DNA of 64,000 nt, from positions 868,001 to 932,000 of the forward strand of contig OZ037839.1 of the NCBI GenBank assembly GCA_964035575.1. The letters are read 5' to 3'. The notes below the pieces were generated by a model. That model ran no database searches, had not been told where the DNA came from, and saw only the letters and a list, made by a program, of their open reading frames with translations. Position numbers and translations under genes: made by a program. Position 1 is the stretch's first letter. Every line of letters begins with the position of its first letter. Source of the DNA: Rhynchopus sp. YZ270_cl-10 (lineage: Eukaryota). Shown piece after piece: positions 45,619 through 55,041 of the stretch.

Positions 45619-48600
45619 TTACATAAGTCCATCACCGCCCCTGCTGTGCCCATCCTTCTGCTTCGTCTGCTTCTTCTTGAAGAAGCCTCCCAGCGTCGTC
45701 TGACGCCCCTTCGAGGTGTCGTGGTGGCGGCGGCAGCAGTGCTCCAGCGTACTCTTCTCTTGCACACAGTTCCCGCACCTCGAGAGTCTATGCTTAGTGC
45801 ATGCTTCGTGTCGGATCGGTAACCCGTCGTCGTTGGAGTGGTGCGCAAAGCAGCAATGCATCAGGTCTGCCTGGGCGTTCTTCGAGCAGGCATCACACTT
45901 CGTCTTCCGGTGCAGCACACATATCGCAAACTGGAAGATCGGAACCGCTCCTTCAGGTGCCTTCACGGGTGCGTCCCCTGGACGCACGTGCTCATGGTGC
46001 CGGTAGCGAGCATGCGCAGATGTCTCCTGTTCAGCCCGCTGGATGAATGGTAGTGCCCTCCTGCCCCTAACTTCTGTGGAGGGGTACGCCGTCTCAGCAG
46101 AATACTCCCCCATCCATGTACCTCTCGCTCTATCGCCACCACGGAGCTCCGCCTCAGACATGCCTTCGGAGCTGCGTTGCAGACGGTACGCCACACCAGC
46201 ATCGTATAGCGCACGCAATGCCTTCAACGTTTCTTCTCCGCCGGCAAAGATAGGACGGCGGTCGATGCCTGTGATGGCGTTCGCCCCAAACGAAGCGAGA
46301 ACATGCGTTACCTTCACCTTCCCCGGATGGAGAGAGCTCTCCGAAAAGGTTCTGAGTGAAGCCAACATATGCCCAAAGGTGGTCGTCTTCGCCATTTCTC
46401 TGTGGGCCAGCGCTACTGGCACCACGTCGTCATCATCGTCGTCTTCCTCACTCCCGTCGTCTTCCCCCCCATTGTTGACTTCTTCCCCAGTCCCATCCCT
46501 CGGCTGCTTCAGCTTCGGCGCTATTCTGCCGGTCTTGTCCCCAGGTCGGATGTCCATCCCTGTGGCAACCTCGAAGTCGATGAGCAGCTCCATGTGGGAG
46601 ACTTCACGTCCAGCTTCGTCGCTCCATTGTAAACCACCCAGCCAGGAGGCAAACGCCAGCAGCAGCGCACGTCCATACGGCCACCTCCTTTTCAGGGGGG
46701 TGTAGTCCACCAAACTGTTCGCGTGTTGCGTCGTCGTGTCCAACTCCGGCGCCCACGTCCACGGGTATCGGTCTTCTTGCAGTCGCGGGTTCGTCGCTTC
46801 CGGTCTGCTCCACTTGGAGCGTGCGATGAGGATGCGCACCATCATCTTCTGCAGGTCTGCAACACGGGCGCATTCCAAAGGTGTGTCCGGTGTGCACATG
46901 CCGCAGATAGCGAGACAGTTTGGCCAGGTCGTTCTGTCAATGTCCAACAGCAAGGGGTACTCCGCACGAATGCTACTCCATGCTTCACATTCCCACCACA
47001 AGTGTTTGTGATTTTCGTCCACCCCCGCTTCGCAGTGCACGCAGATGGCCGAGTCCCGTATGCGCGCTCTCGCAAGTCGCACCCCCGTTATCGCACCGTC
47101 AGCTACAATGTGTCGTAGCGTCCCCGCCTCGTAATCCGTCAAAGTTTTGCTTCGGGTGAGAGCAAGGGTTTTCTCCTTATCCACCCCCGCTTCAATACCC
47201 TTCAGGTTAGCTCTGCCTTTGCCATTGGCCTTCGCAGTCGTCTTCGTACGGGAGAGTCGAATGAAGAACATCCGTTCTCGCACAACGTGGCCCAGTCTAC
47301 CCAAGCTTACTGTCTTCACATCAACGATGCTCCCATCGTGCGTTTTCACTTTTGTCGTGTCTATCCATGACCACGCAAGGCGGCTGAGGGCTCGCGCAAT
47401 CAACCCGATGGGTCCTCCAGTCTTCGCCTGCTTCGCTTTCGCACGTGACCTGCACTTTTCGACCAGCAAACAGATCTCATCCGATTTGCGTATCATCGCC
47501 GCCCACGTCATGATCCTTCTGTAGTCGAATGCCACCGAGGGGTCGAGCAGATGGCCTTTCTCGAAGACATTCAGCATGACCGGTACGCTTCTTCGGTTCA
47601 TCTTGTTCACGCCGTGGACCCCTTTCTCCACTGCAGTTGCAAGACTGTTCACGTATTTCCCAGGTGGGTCCTGCACCGTGATACCGTACACAGATTTCGA
47701 CATCACTGCAGCCTGCATGATGCCTGCTTTCTCACCTTGAGTCAGCGGGAGGCATCCCACCTTACCTGCTAGCGGTCCGCATGCGTCGATGGTGTCTTCC
47801 AGCTTCGTCGGGAGCGTGGGCGTCCCAGCCTGTCGGGCCTGCACCGTCGCCCCCAGGCACTCCGACTTCTCGACGCGAGTAAGATCCGCGCCGTTCATCT
47901 GCACAGTTTCCTCTTCATCAGGACGGTTGCTCTGCCACGTGCTCTTCCCCGCGTGGACGCGTTGTCCCGTCAAGTCTGCAAAGTGTCCGGTGAAGGCGAC
48001 ACCCGCTCGCAGCTGGTCGAGGGTCTTCGTCAGGAGGTTGGTGTCGTCAGCATACGCCAGCCCCTGCGTGCCCGTTTCCTTCTCCACCCCGTTCATCCAC
48101 ACCGCCACCAGCGCATTCAGGAAGATTACGCTCAGTGGGCATCCTTGGAGGATACCATTCGTCGCAAACCATTCTTTGCCAAGACCTGCCGGAAGTTTGA
48201 AACGCCTCCCCAGCTTCTTGTATATACCCCGGATGGGGCGCATCATGTTGTCGGGAAGACCCAACCGTTCGACGAGCTGGAACATGATCTCTTGGGGAAC
48301 ACGGTCAAAGCACTTCTGATAGTCGAAGGAGGCTAGATAGATAGGTGTGTCGTCTATCAGAGCCTCCTCCATCTTCGCACAGAGAAACCACAGCAGGTCT
48401 TCGGTTCCGTGTTTGTTCCGGAAGCCGTGTTGCCGCTCGTGAATCCAGGATTCCTGCCACGTCGCCACTTTGCGGAGTCGAGTCGCCGCCCATAACCTGT
48501 ACATCACACTGGTGATGGTAATGGGTCGCTGCTTCAGGGGCTCCTCGCCTTCTCCTTTGGGGATGAGCACCACCAACGCCCTCGCAATCACCCTGGGCCA

Positions 48601-50625
48601 GTTCCCAGTATCCTCGATCAGGTTCAGGCAGCGCGCGAGTTCCTCCAGCAGTGTCAAAGGCAGTTCCTTCAGCTCCTCCACCCTCCACCCATCGAGGCCT
48701 GCCGCCTTTTTCCGCTTCATCTTGCCGATGGTCGTACGGAGGTCGTCGGCGGTCAGGGGTTCGCATACACAAGGGGTCCCTTCAGGAATGTGTTCCTTGA
48801 ACCTATCAAAGAACGTCGTCCACGCAGGTTCTTCGGAATCGTCGTACATCCGGAACACCCCACCCCAAGCACGGTCATCCATGAGCAGTTCATCCATCTC
48901 CTGGAGGTTAGCTGTAACCGTGCCGTCCTCCCGTTTCAGGAACGTGGTGTGTGACGACGTAGCCTTCCGCAGGAACGAGAACACCTTCGCTGGGTTCTCC
49001 TTCATGTGTTCTTTCATTGTGCGGCGCCATTCCTTGATGCGGGCCCGACGCCGTTGCTCCAGCAGGACAAAACCCCTCTTCTTCAAGCAGCCAAGGAGCC
49101 CACACAACGCCTCTATCCCAGGAAGGTCGAGGTCCCAGGTGTCACTCTTCAGTAGATGCTTCTTCTTGCGGATTTTCGCCCACAGCTGCCGTTCGTTCAA
49201 CGATTCTGCAGATGGCTGACCGAAGCGCTTCCTCCGATCACCAATGAGCTGCTCCATCTGACGACATGTCTTCTGCAGTTGAGCCGTCTCCAGGTTCACA
49301 GCATCCGGCGTGTCGCAGTCCATGCGGGCCGTCCGATGTCGGAGAACGTCGGGTTGCACCTCCCCTCTCCCCCTGTGGCGTTGTTGCTTCGGGTCTGAGT
49401 CTGCAGCACCTCTCTTCAGCAGGTAGTCCTCCGCAATCTTGCAGAAGCGTGCCCAGCGATCTTCAACCGACATCTTCGTCAGGTCGGCTTCAGGGGCAGC
49501 GTTCTCCTGCATCACCTTCGCTGCAAGCTCCTTCTCCTTCTTCGCCGGCCATTTCGTCCAGTCGTCGCCGATCAAAGAAAGGGGAGGGCGTGCCTGCGGT
49601 GCCTTCTGCTCGTATCGCGTCAGGTCTAACGTCAACACCACCGGTCTGTGTACCGGGAGGCAGCTCTCTTTCCAGACCACCACTTTGGAGATCGCAGGGG
49701 CAGCCACGTGGTTCGCCAGCACCAAGTCGATACGTCTGCCAGACGATGTGGAGGTATAGCATGTGTTCTCTGCTGCCTTACCCAACTGCTGTGCGTAGGT
49801 ATCTGCCGCATCAACCCATTTGCCGGAGGAGATGGCCGCTCGAATGGCTAGACTTTCGTTAGCCTCTACGTTGAAGTCTCCGGCAATGAACACCGGTATG
49901 TCCCCAAGGCTGGCTGCTTCTTCAAAGATGCCTGTCAGGAGTTGCTCCGTGCGGTCGCTGTCAGCACACACACCATAAAACGAGAACACAGAGATGTTAC
50001 GTCCCCCGCTCCCATATGCCACCTGCGCATGCGTAAAGCGGCATTCGTTCCACGCTTGTTGGGCACATTGTGGCGGTACTGCTCTGGTCGGTATGTCAGC
50101 GCACGTCATGATCGCAACTCCACCATTCTGCGTGCGCGTGCGCAGAGGGTCTGATCCCTGGCTTCGTCTGCAAGGGGCACCAAAGAGAAGCTGCTTGGCA
50201 CCATACCCCTTCACGTCGTTTGCTGCCCCCTTCATCTCTTCTTCTGTGAGGCGCACCTCCTGCAGAGCACAAACGTCCACATCCCACTCCCCCACCGCAG
50301 GGTGTGCCCTCAGAGACGTCACGTTTGCCGTGCCAAGCGACATGGTCGACGGACCCGGATGCTCCTCCACGTCTCCACATGTCAGCAGTGACCCCCTGCC
50401 CAAAAACGCCCCTCGTCGCCTCCCTCGACGCACCCTGTGTCCGACCCCTCGCCCCACCCCCCTTCGCGTTCTACCCTTACCCCTTGTCCCCGACAGCATA
50501 CAGCCCGCAGAGCGCAAACGATGCTGACCCCTTGTTGGGGAGACAGTTTTCACAAAAACGTCTCGTTCTCCAACTACGCACGAAGAAGCCAATCCTGTGC
50601 CGTACCCTTCCACCGCACCACACCG
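45619..50625 (-). CDS. LINE ORF2: 2A-like peptide, APE endonuclease, reverse transcriptase, zinc finger, Cys/His repeats, PIP box
   Basis: APE motifs ANVTSL, LQE, GDFN, RIDLV, HRPV; RT motifs KAAGLDG, RPITI, QHGF, FDYQKCFD, LQGCPLS, YADD; CxxC..HLWWEC. Confidence 0.95.
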   Translation of the reverse strand, partial: RCGAVEGYGTGLASSCVVGERDVFVKTVSPTRGQHRLRSAGCMLSGTRGKGRTRRGVGRGVGHRVRRGRRRGAFLGRGSLLTCGDVEEHPGPSTMSLGTANVTSLRAHPAVGEWDVDVCALQEVRLTEEEMKGAANDVKGYGAKQLLFGAPCRRSQGSDPLRTRTQNGGVAIMTCADIPTRAVPPQCAQQAWNECRFTHAQVAYGSGGRNISVFSFYGVCADSDRTEQLLTGIFEEAASLGDIPVFIAGDFNVEANESLAIRAAISSGKWVDAADTYAQQLGKAAENTCYTSTSSGRRIDLVLANHVAAPAISKVVVWKESCLPVHRPVVLTLDLTRYEQKAPQARPPLSLIGDDWTKWPAKKEKELAAKVMQENAAPEADLTKMSVEDRWARFCKIAEDYLLKRGAADSDPKQQRHRGRGEVQPDVLRHRTARMDCDTPDAVNLETAQLQKTCRQMEQLIGDRRKRFGQPSAESLNERQLWAKIRKKKHLLKSDTWDLDLPGIEALCGLLGCLKKRGFVLLEQRRRARIKEWRRTMKEHMKENPAKVFSFLRKATSSHTTFLKREDGTVTANLQEMDELLMDDRAWGGVFRMYDDSEEPAWTTFFDRFKEHIPEGTPCVCEPLTADDLRTTIGKMKRKKAAGLDGWRVEELKELPLTLLEELARCLNLIEDTGNWPRVIARALVVLIPKGEGEEPLKQRPITITSVMYRLWAATRLRKVATWQESWIHERQHGFRNKHGTEDLLWFLCAKMEEALIDDTPIYLASFDYQKCFDRVPQEIMFQLVERLGLPDNMMRPIRGIYKKLGRRFKLPAGLGKEWFATNGILQGCPLSVIFLNALVAVWMNGVEKETGTQGLAYADDTNLLTKTLDQLRAGVAFTGHFADLTGQRVHAGKSTWQSNRPDEEETVQMNGADLTRVEKSECLGATVQARQAGTPTLPTKLEDTIDACGPLAGKVGCLPLTQGEKAGIMQAAVMSKSVYGITVQDPPGKYVNSLATAVEKGVHGVNKMNRRSVPVMLNVFEKGHLLDPSVAFDYRRIMTWAAMIRKSDEICLLVEKCRSRAKAKQAKTGGPIGLIARALSRLAWSWIDTTKVKTHDGSIVDVKTVSLGRLGHVVRERMFFIRLSRTKTTAKANGKGRANLKGIEAGVDKEKTLALTRSKTLTDYEAGTLRHIVADGAITGVRLARARIRDSAICVHCEAGVDENHKHLWWECEAWSSIRAEYPLLLDIDRTTWPNCLAICGMCTPDTPLECARVADLQKMMVRILIARSKWSRPEATNPRLQEDRYPWTWAPELDTTTQHANSLVDYTPLKRRWPYGRALLLAFASWLGGLQWSDEAGREVSHMELLIDFEVATGMDIRPGDKTGRIAPKLKQPRDGTGEEVNNGGEDDGSEEDDDDDDVVPVALAHREMAKTTTFGHMLASLRTFSESSLHPGKVKVTHVLASFGANAITGIDRRPIFAGGEETLKALRALYDAGVAYRLQRSSEGMSEAELRGGDRARGTWMGEYSAETAYPSTEVRGRRALPFIQRAEQETSAHARYRHHEHVRPGDAPVKAPEGAVPIFQFAICVLHRKTKCDACSKNAQADLMHCCFAHHSNDDGLPIRHEACTKHRLSRCGNCVQEKSTLEHCCRRHHDTSKGRQTTLGGFFKKKQTKQKDGHSRGGDGLM
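50350..50400 (-). other. 2A-like (StopGo) peptide GRGSLLTCGDVEEHPGP
   Basis: 16/17 identical to T2A GRGSLLTCGDVEENPGP; lies immediately before the APE domain. Confidence 0.85.
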
Positions 50626-53600
50626 TCACCGCCCCACATCGCGCAGGGTGTTGCGGCCTACCAACCTGTTGTCTAGTCCCTGGACGGGACGAAACGCGAT
50701 CTCGATGACGTCCCCCGCTACCTTCACGACAGTCACCGGGATGGCTGCGCCGTTGCCTCCCTCCTCGCAGTACTCCATGGAGTCGCCAGCCTCCAGCACT
50801 GCGTTCCCGTACGACTCCTCGTTCTTCTCGTTCCCCTCCGCCTGCTCTTTTGCGGGGACTTCCGTCCGCATCCTGCGCGGCGGACTCAGCAGCGCCACCG
50901 TCTCACCGGACTCACTGCGGTCTTCCCGCTTGCCCGCCAGGGTCACGGCAGGTGGCGCCACCGGCACTCTGGGAGCTGGCGAGGTCTCCGCGTCCTCCTC
51001 GACAGCCGCACAGTCTGGCGATGTCTGCACCGGCAGTGCCATGTCGGCGTCGTCCATCCGTGCCTCGGCGTCTGGTGTCGTGGGTGCGGGGGTCCCTGCG
51101 CCGGCGTTCTCCCCTTGCTCCTGCTCACGTTGTGCCTGCACTGCTGCAGCACGTCTCTCCTTCTTTGCCGCCGCTTCTTCCTGTGCTGCCCGTAGTGCCT
51201 CCCGTCGTTTCTCAGCGGCCACAATGTTCCTGCGTTTCTTCTTCTTCTTCGGGGACGCCACCACAACCTCCACATCACCGGCGCCAGCAACGTCCGCAGT
51301 CGGCGATGTGTCCCTGGGCGGTGCTGACCGCGACCGGTTCCGTGCTTCGGCGACTTCTACGACTACCCCCGGCTTTCCACGGATGGTGTCAGCCCTCCTC
51401 CTCCTGCGGCGCGGGCTCAGCTCCTCAACCTCACTGGACCCATTTCCCGCACGTATCCGCTTACCTGCCATCGTTGCGGGCTCCGGTGACATCACGTCCT
51501 CGGCATTCCCGTCTGGGAGTGTGTCCAACAATTCATCCGCCATCTGCATCTCGGGTGTTGTGGGCGCTGCAGTGGGCACTGCGACAGTCGGGGCCGTAGT
51601 AGCAGCAGCCTCCCCCTCGCGCTGCCTGGCGTTCTCAGCAGCAACTGCAGCAGCGGCGGCGGCGGCTTCCTCCTCCTGCTGCCAGAGGATTGCAGCAGCA
51701 GCGTCGGCTTCCTCACGCTGCTTGAGGACTGCAGCAGCGGCGGCCTTCTCCTCCTCCTCACGCTGCCTCAGGGCTGCAGCAGCAGCGGCCTTCACCTCCT
51801 CCTCGCGCTGCTTGAGGGCTGCAGCAGCGGCGGCCTTCGCCTCCTCCTCACGCTGCCTCAGGGCTGCAGCAGCGGCGGCCTTCACCTCTTCCTCACGCTG
51901 CTTGAGGACTGCAGCAGCAGCGGCCTTCTCCTCCTCCTCACGCTGCCTCAGGGCTGCAGCGGCGGCGGCCTTCGCCTCCTCCTCCTCCTGCCTCAGGGCT
52001 GCAGCAGCAGCAGCGGCGTCCTCTCTCGCAGCAGCCGTGGCCTCCTTCGGCATGGAACAGAGCTTGCCCACTTGCTCCAGCATGGCCGCCATCCACACCT
52101 GCTGCTCCTTCCGTTGCTCCACCCGTTCTTCCCGCAACTGGGCCGTCAGCGACGCCACCGTCTCCTGCAGCAGGGTCTGGAGGCGCTCGCCCACCAGGCG
52201 GTCCAACCTCTCCTCCATCCGGCGCTCCAACTCCGCCCACTTCTCGCCTGCGTCCTCAGGTGATGGGGCGGGCGACGTCATTGGGGGTTGACCCTTCGGC
52301 GTCCGTTGCTTCGTTGTTGTTGTTGTTGTTGGTGGAGGTGTCCTTGATGTGGTAGTGGGTGGCTTCGCTGCAGCTGGCGCTGTTGCTGCTTGGCGTGCGT
52401 GCGCAGCCCAGGACACCCAACCGTAGTCGGGCCCAGTGCCACGGTTGTGCTGCGCTGTCGCCGCCGGCGCCGTCCGGGCACCAAATGTCGGACCAGACGC
52501 ATGTGCGGTATGTACCTTGGCCTTCTGTTTCGCCCCCGGACCCGGAGCCGTTGCCCTACCCCCGCCCTCCTTATGCCCATCCTTGCGGATCAGCAGCCCC
52601 TTCCCGTTCCCCTCCATGTCCATGGCCCACGTCGGCGGATCCAGCTTCGCTCCCACCACCCAACGCCATCCCTCCAGCCTCCGCAGCGGCGTCACCGTCC
52701 ACCCTGCGCCTGCCAGCGACTCCATCACCGCTTCACCGGACGTACCCGACGGGAAACCGGACACCACGTATCGACCTTCGGGCGCCTTTCCCTCCTGCAT
52801 GAGTGCCGCATTTGCACGCTCCTGATCCTCCTTCTTCACCCGTATCCCCAGGGACTCGTACCTCGCCGCCACTCCCCATCCCCCCATCCGGGTCGCCAGC
52901 CCCTGGGCCTCTTCTAGCCCCACCCCGTCCACCAACCACACGACAGGCAGATGCTCCGACTGCTCGCGTCTCATCCGGAAGAAGACACCCCCCTTCCCAC
53001 TCTGCTTCAGGCAGCGCTCTGCTACGTCCTCCCTTACGTCGGCCACCGAGGAGATCAGCTTACCCTCCTGCCACAATGGTGGGCGGTTGAGGTTGCACCC
53101 CACCTCCGCACGCATCTTCTTCCCCGCTGACACCAGGTCCTGCGCTTGTCCTGCTGTCGGCCTCATCGTCACAAACACCGTCACCAGTTGGACGGCCGCC
53201 GACGCCTTCTTCCCCCCGTTTCCTCTCCCCGGCCTCAGCCTCCCCACCACGTACACGGCCGTGCTCGCCGCCCCGTTCACCTTCCCCCCATTCCCCTGCT
53301 TACCCATGGGGCACTGCATCTTCTCCCCACCAGACTTCGGGAAGGACCCGAAACCCACCCACGTCACGCCCGGCGTGCGCGCGATCTTCCCCTCTGCCTC
53401 TACCTCTCTACCCTGCGGCACAAGACAGACCCCCTCCGACTTATCCACCACCTCCCCCCACGGCACAAGCGTCGATCCCACCCACTCCGATTGCAGCAAT
53501 GTCAGCGCTGCCGTCGTCTTCTTTTTCCCTCCCCCCTGGGTGAAGCCCCCCTCCGTCCCCGCCTTCGCATCGTTTCGCGGTTGCGGCACGGTGTACGGCT

Positions 53601-54129
53601 TCTCCGTCACCTCCAACGCACCCCCCACCATCGCCTTGCGGGCCCGGTCTTCGGCGGCTTCTTCCCCCGTGCTCGTGGGGAGGACGCACAGGTAGTGGCA
53701 TGCGTCCACGTACGCCACCGTCACCGCTGCACCGCTGCCCTTCTCCTTCGGGTGCACCTTCAGCACACGCACCTCCCCATCCTTCACCGAGAAGGCATAC
53801 ACCTCCCGCATCAGCACCTCCGCCAACGCCTTCAGGGTCAGGTGGTCCCCCCAGGACCCCTGCTTCGCCATCGCCGAGCAGTACCTCCGGTAGGCGGACG
53901 GTCCTCCGTCAACGTGCTCACCCCAATTCTCCGCTTCCCGTTCCAACACCCCCACCGCCATCTCCCTCAGCCCCCCGTGCGCCGTGGCGTCTCCGTGCAC
54001 AGCCATCGAGACCGCCTTAAATTGGCAGTCTCCGTTCCCCCCTGCGTCCTTTACCCGCATGTCGAAGCCCCTCAGGTATTTCTGCAGCACCCCCTTTTCC
54101 CCCCCTTGGCCACCTGCCCCTCCGCACAT
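50626..54129 (-). CDS. LINE ORF1: N-terminal OTU-like cysteine protease, RRM-like region, Ala/Glu coiled-coil repeats
   Basis: GNGDCQFKAVS..WGDHLTLKALA..CHY; RYVVSGFPSGTS; (AAAAALRQREEE)n; first in-element ATG at 54129. Confidence 0.85.
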   Translation of the reverse strand: MCGGAGGQGGEKGVLQKYLRGFDMRVKDAGGNGDCQFKAVSMAVHGDATAHGGLREMAVGVLEREAENWGEHVDGGPSAYRRYCSAMAKQGSWGDHLTLKALAEVLMREVYAFSVKDGEVRVLKVHPKEKGSGAAVTVAYVDACHYLCVLPTSTGEEAAEDRARKAMVGGALEVTEKPYTVPQPRNDAKAGTEGGFTQGGGKKKTTAALTLLQSEWVGSTLVPWGEVVDKSEGVCLVPQGREVEAEGKIARTPGVTWVGFGSFPKSGGEKMQCPMGKQGNGGKVNGAASTAVYVVGRLRPGRGNGGKKASAAVQLVTVFVTMRPTAGQAQDLVSAGKKMRAEVGCNLNRPPLWQEGKLISSVADVREDVAERCLKQSGKGGVFFRMRREQSEHLPVVWLVDGVGLEEAQGLATRMGGWGVAARYESLGIRVKKEDQERANAALMQEGKAPEGRYVVSGFPSGTSGEAVMESLAGAGWTVTPLRRLEGWRWVVGAKLDPPTWAMDMEGNGKGLLIRKDGHKEGGGRATAPGPGAKQKAKVHTAHASGPTFGARTAPAATAQHNRGTGPDYGWVSWAAHARQAATAPAAAKPPTTTSRTPPPTTTTTTKQRTPKGQPPMTSPAPSPEDAGEKWAELERRMEERLDRLVGERLQTLLQETVASLTAQLREERVEQRKEQQVWMAAMLEQVGKLCSMPKEATAAAREDAAAAAAALRQEEEEAKAAAAAALRQREEEEKAAAAAVLKQREEEVKAAAAAALRQREEEAKAAAAAALKQREEEVKAAAAAALRQREEEEKAAAAAVLKQREEADAAAAILWQQEEEAAAAAAAVAAENARQREGEAAATTAPTVAVPTAAPTTPEMQMADELLDTLPDGNAEDVMSPEPATMAGKRIRAGNGSSEVEELSPRRRRRRADTIRGKPGVVVEVAEARNRSRSAPPRDTSPTADVAGAGDVEVVVASPKKKKKRRNIVAAEKRREALRAAQEEAAAKKERRAAAVQAQREQEQGENAGAGTPAPTTPDAEARMDDADMALPVQTSPDCAAVEEDAETSPAPRVPVAPPAVTLAGKREDRSESGETVALLSPPRRMRTEVPAKEQAEGNEKNEESYGNAVLEAGDSMEYCEEGGNGAAIPVTVVKVAGDVIEIAFRPVQGLDNRLVGRNTLRDVGR

Positions 54130-54166
54130 CGCGTCGAGGCTGCCCCCCGCCGCCGTCCTTCTTCCC

Positions 54167-54250
54167 CGCGCTTTAGCAGACGCCTCCCCCCATAGAGGAG
54201 GGGGGCGTCTCCCGAGGGTACCCCGTGGAGGCGCGTCGTCTCTCACCCTC
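54167..54250 (-). ncRNA. HDV-like ribozyme at the LINE 5' end (predicted)
   Basis: GAGGGU(P1)..CGC(P2) GCC(P3) UCCACGG(L3) GGU ACCCUC(P1') GG G AGACGCC..GGCGUCU(P4) GCUAAA GCG(P2'); P2 is short. Confidence 0.75.
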
Positions 54251-55041
54251 TTCATCGTTTTCGTCAACACCACTGTGTCTCCAGCACTCAGTTCTGTGAT
54301 GTCCTCTCCTTCCTCCTTCCCTCCGAAGCCCATGCGGAAGCTGTCTTCGCACAACTCTGTTGCAGACGCCACCTTCTGCCGCATCGTCTCCGTTGTGTCC
54401 TTCTCACCCACCTCAATCACGAAGTCCTTCCCCAAGCCCTGAATAGTCAGTTCCATTTTCTGTGTCTCTTGATGTATCTCTGCGGGTGGGTTGTTGGGTA
54501 AGGAAGAGCTTTTAACACGCAAACCCCAAGATTTTTTATCATCTGAATCCAAAGAAGCAAGAATTTATAACTTTTGAAAATTTTTCAAATTTATTAGATA
54601 CGAGGGAGGGCTTGGTGGGGAAGAACTTTTTTTCGCGTTGTTTTAACTCTGGGAGGGAGAGAAAGAGAGAGAGAGAGGGTTATTGTGGGTAAGTTGTGCG
54701 GGTGTATTAACACCAGCCCAATACCACGGAGAATGGTTCTGCTCAAATAAAAAACTTCAAAATACCGTCTTCGTACAAATTATCGACCATAAAAATGTTC
54801 GACCTTTTCAGGATTTTATTAGAAGTTCGACCTGTTTTACGGTCGAACATTCTTACGACCACGGTAAAAAGGAAAAAGAATTTGCCGTGTTATGAGAAGA
54901 AAGAAAAATAGAGAAGTGGAAAAGTGCAGATGCCTCACCGCACATCGGCAGACGCAGGGCATTGGTTCCCTTCGGGGTTATCAAACCCCAGAGAGCACTT
55001 CTTTGGGGAAAATGAGGCTTTTTGGAGAAAATCTAGACACC

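Larger units (their letters stand above)
45548..54250 (-). mobile_element. Full-length APE-type non-LTR retrotransposon (LINE), 8.7 kb
   Basis: TSD TTCATCGTTTTCGTCAAC at 45530-45547 and 54251-54268; two long ORFs; GC-rich; ends ...GGGCCCCCACCA with no poly(A). Confidence 0.95.
44734..54456 (-). pseudogene. UBL-LRR paralogue 4 (7 LRRs), interrupted by a LINE
   Basis: MELTIQG...VLTKTMK (54456-54251) and LTKTMKYEAIS...LGDVGF (45547-44734) rejoin across the TSD. Confidence 0.92.

Noticed and set aside
50597..52291. 564-aa plus-strand ORF and other antisense ORFs over the LINE, P450 and LRR genes
   Set aside because: Shadow ORFs of GC-rich or repetitive coding sequence, with no domain signal.
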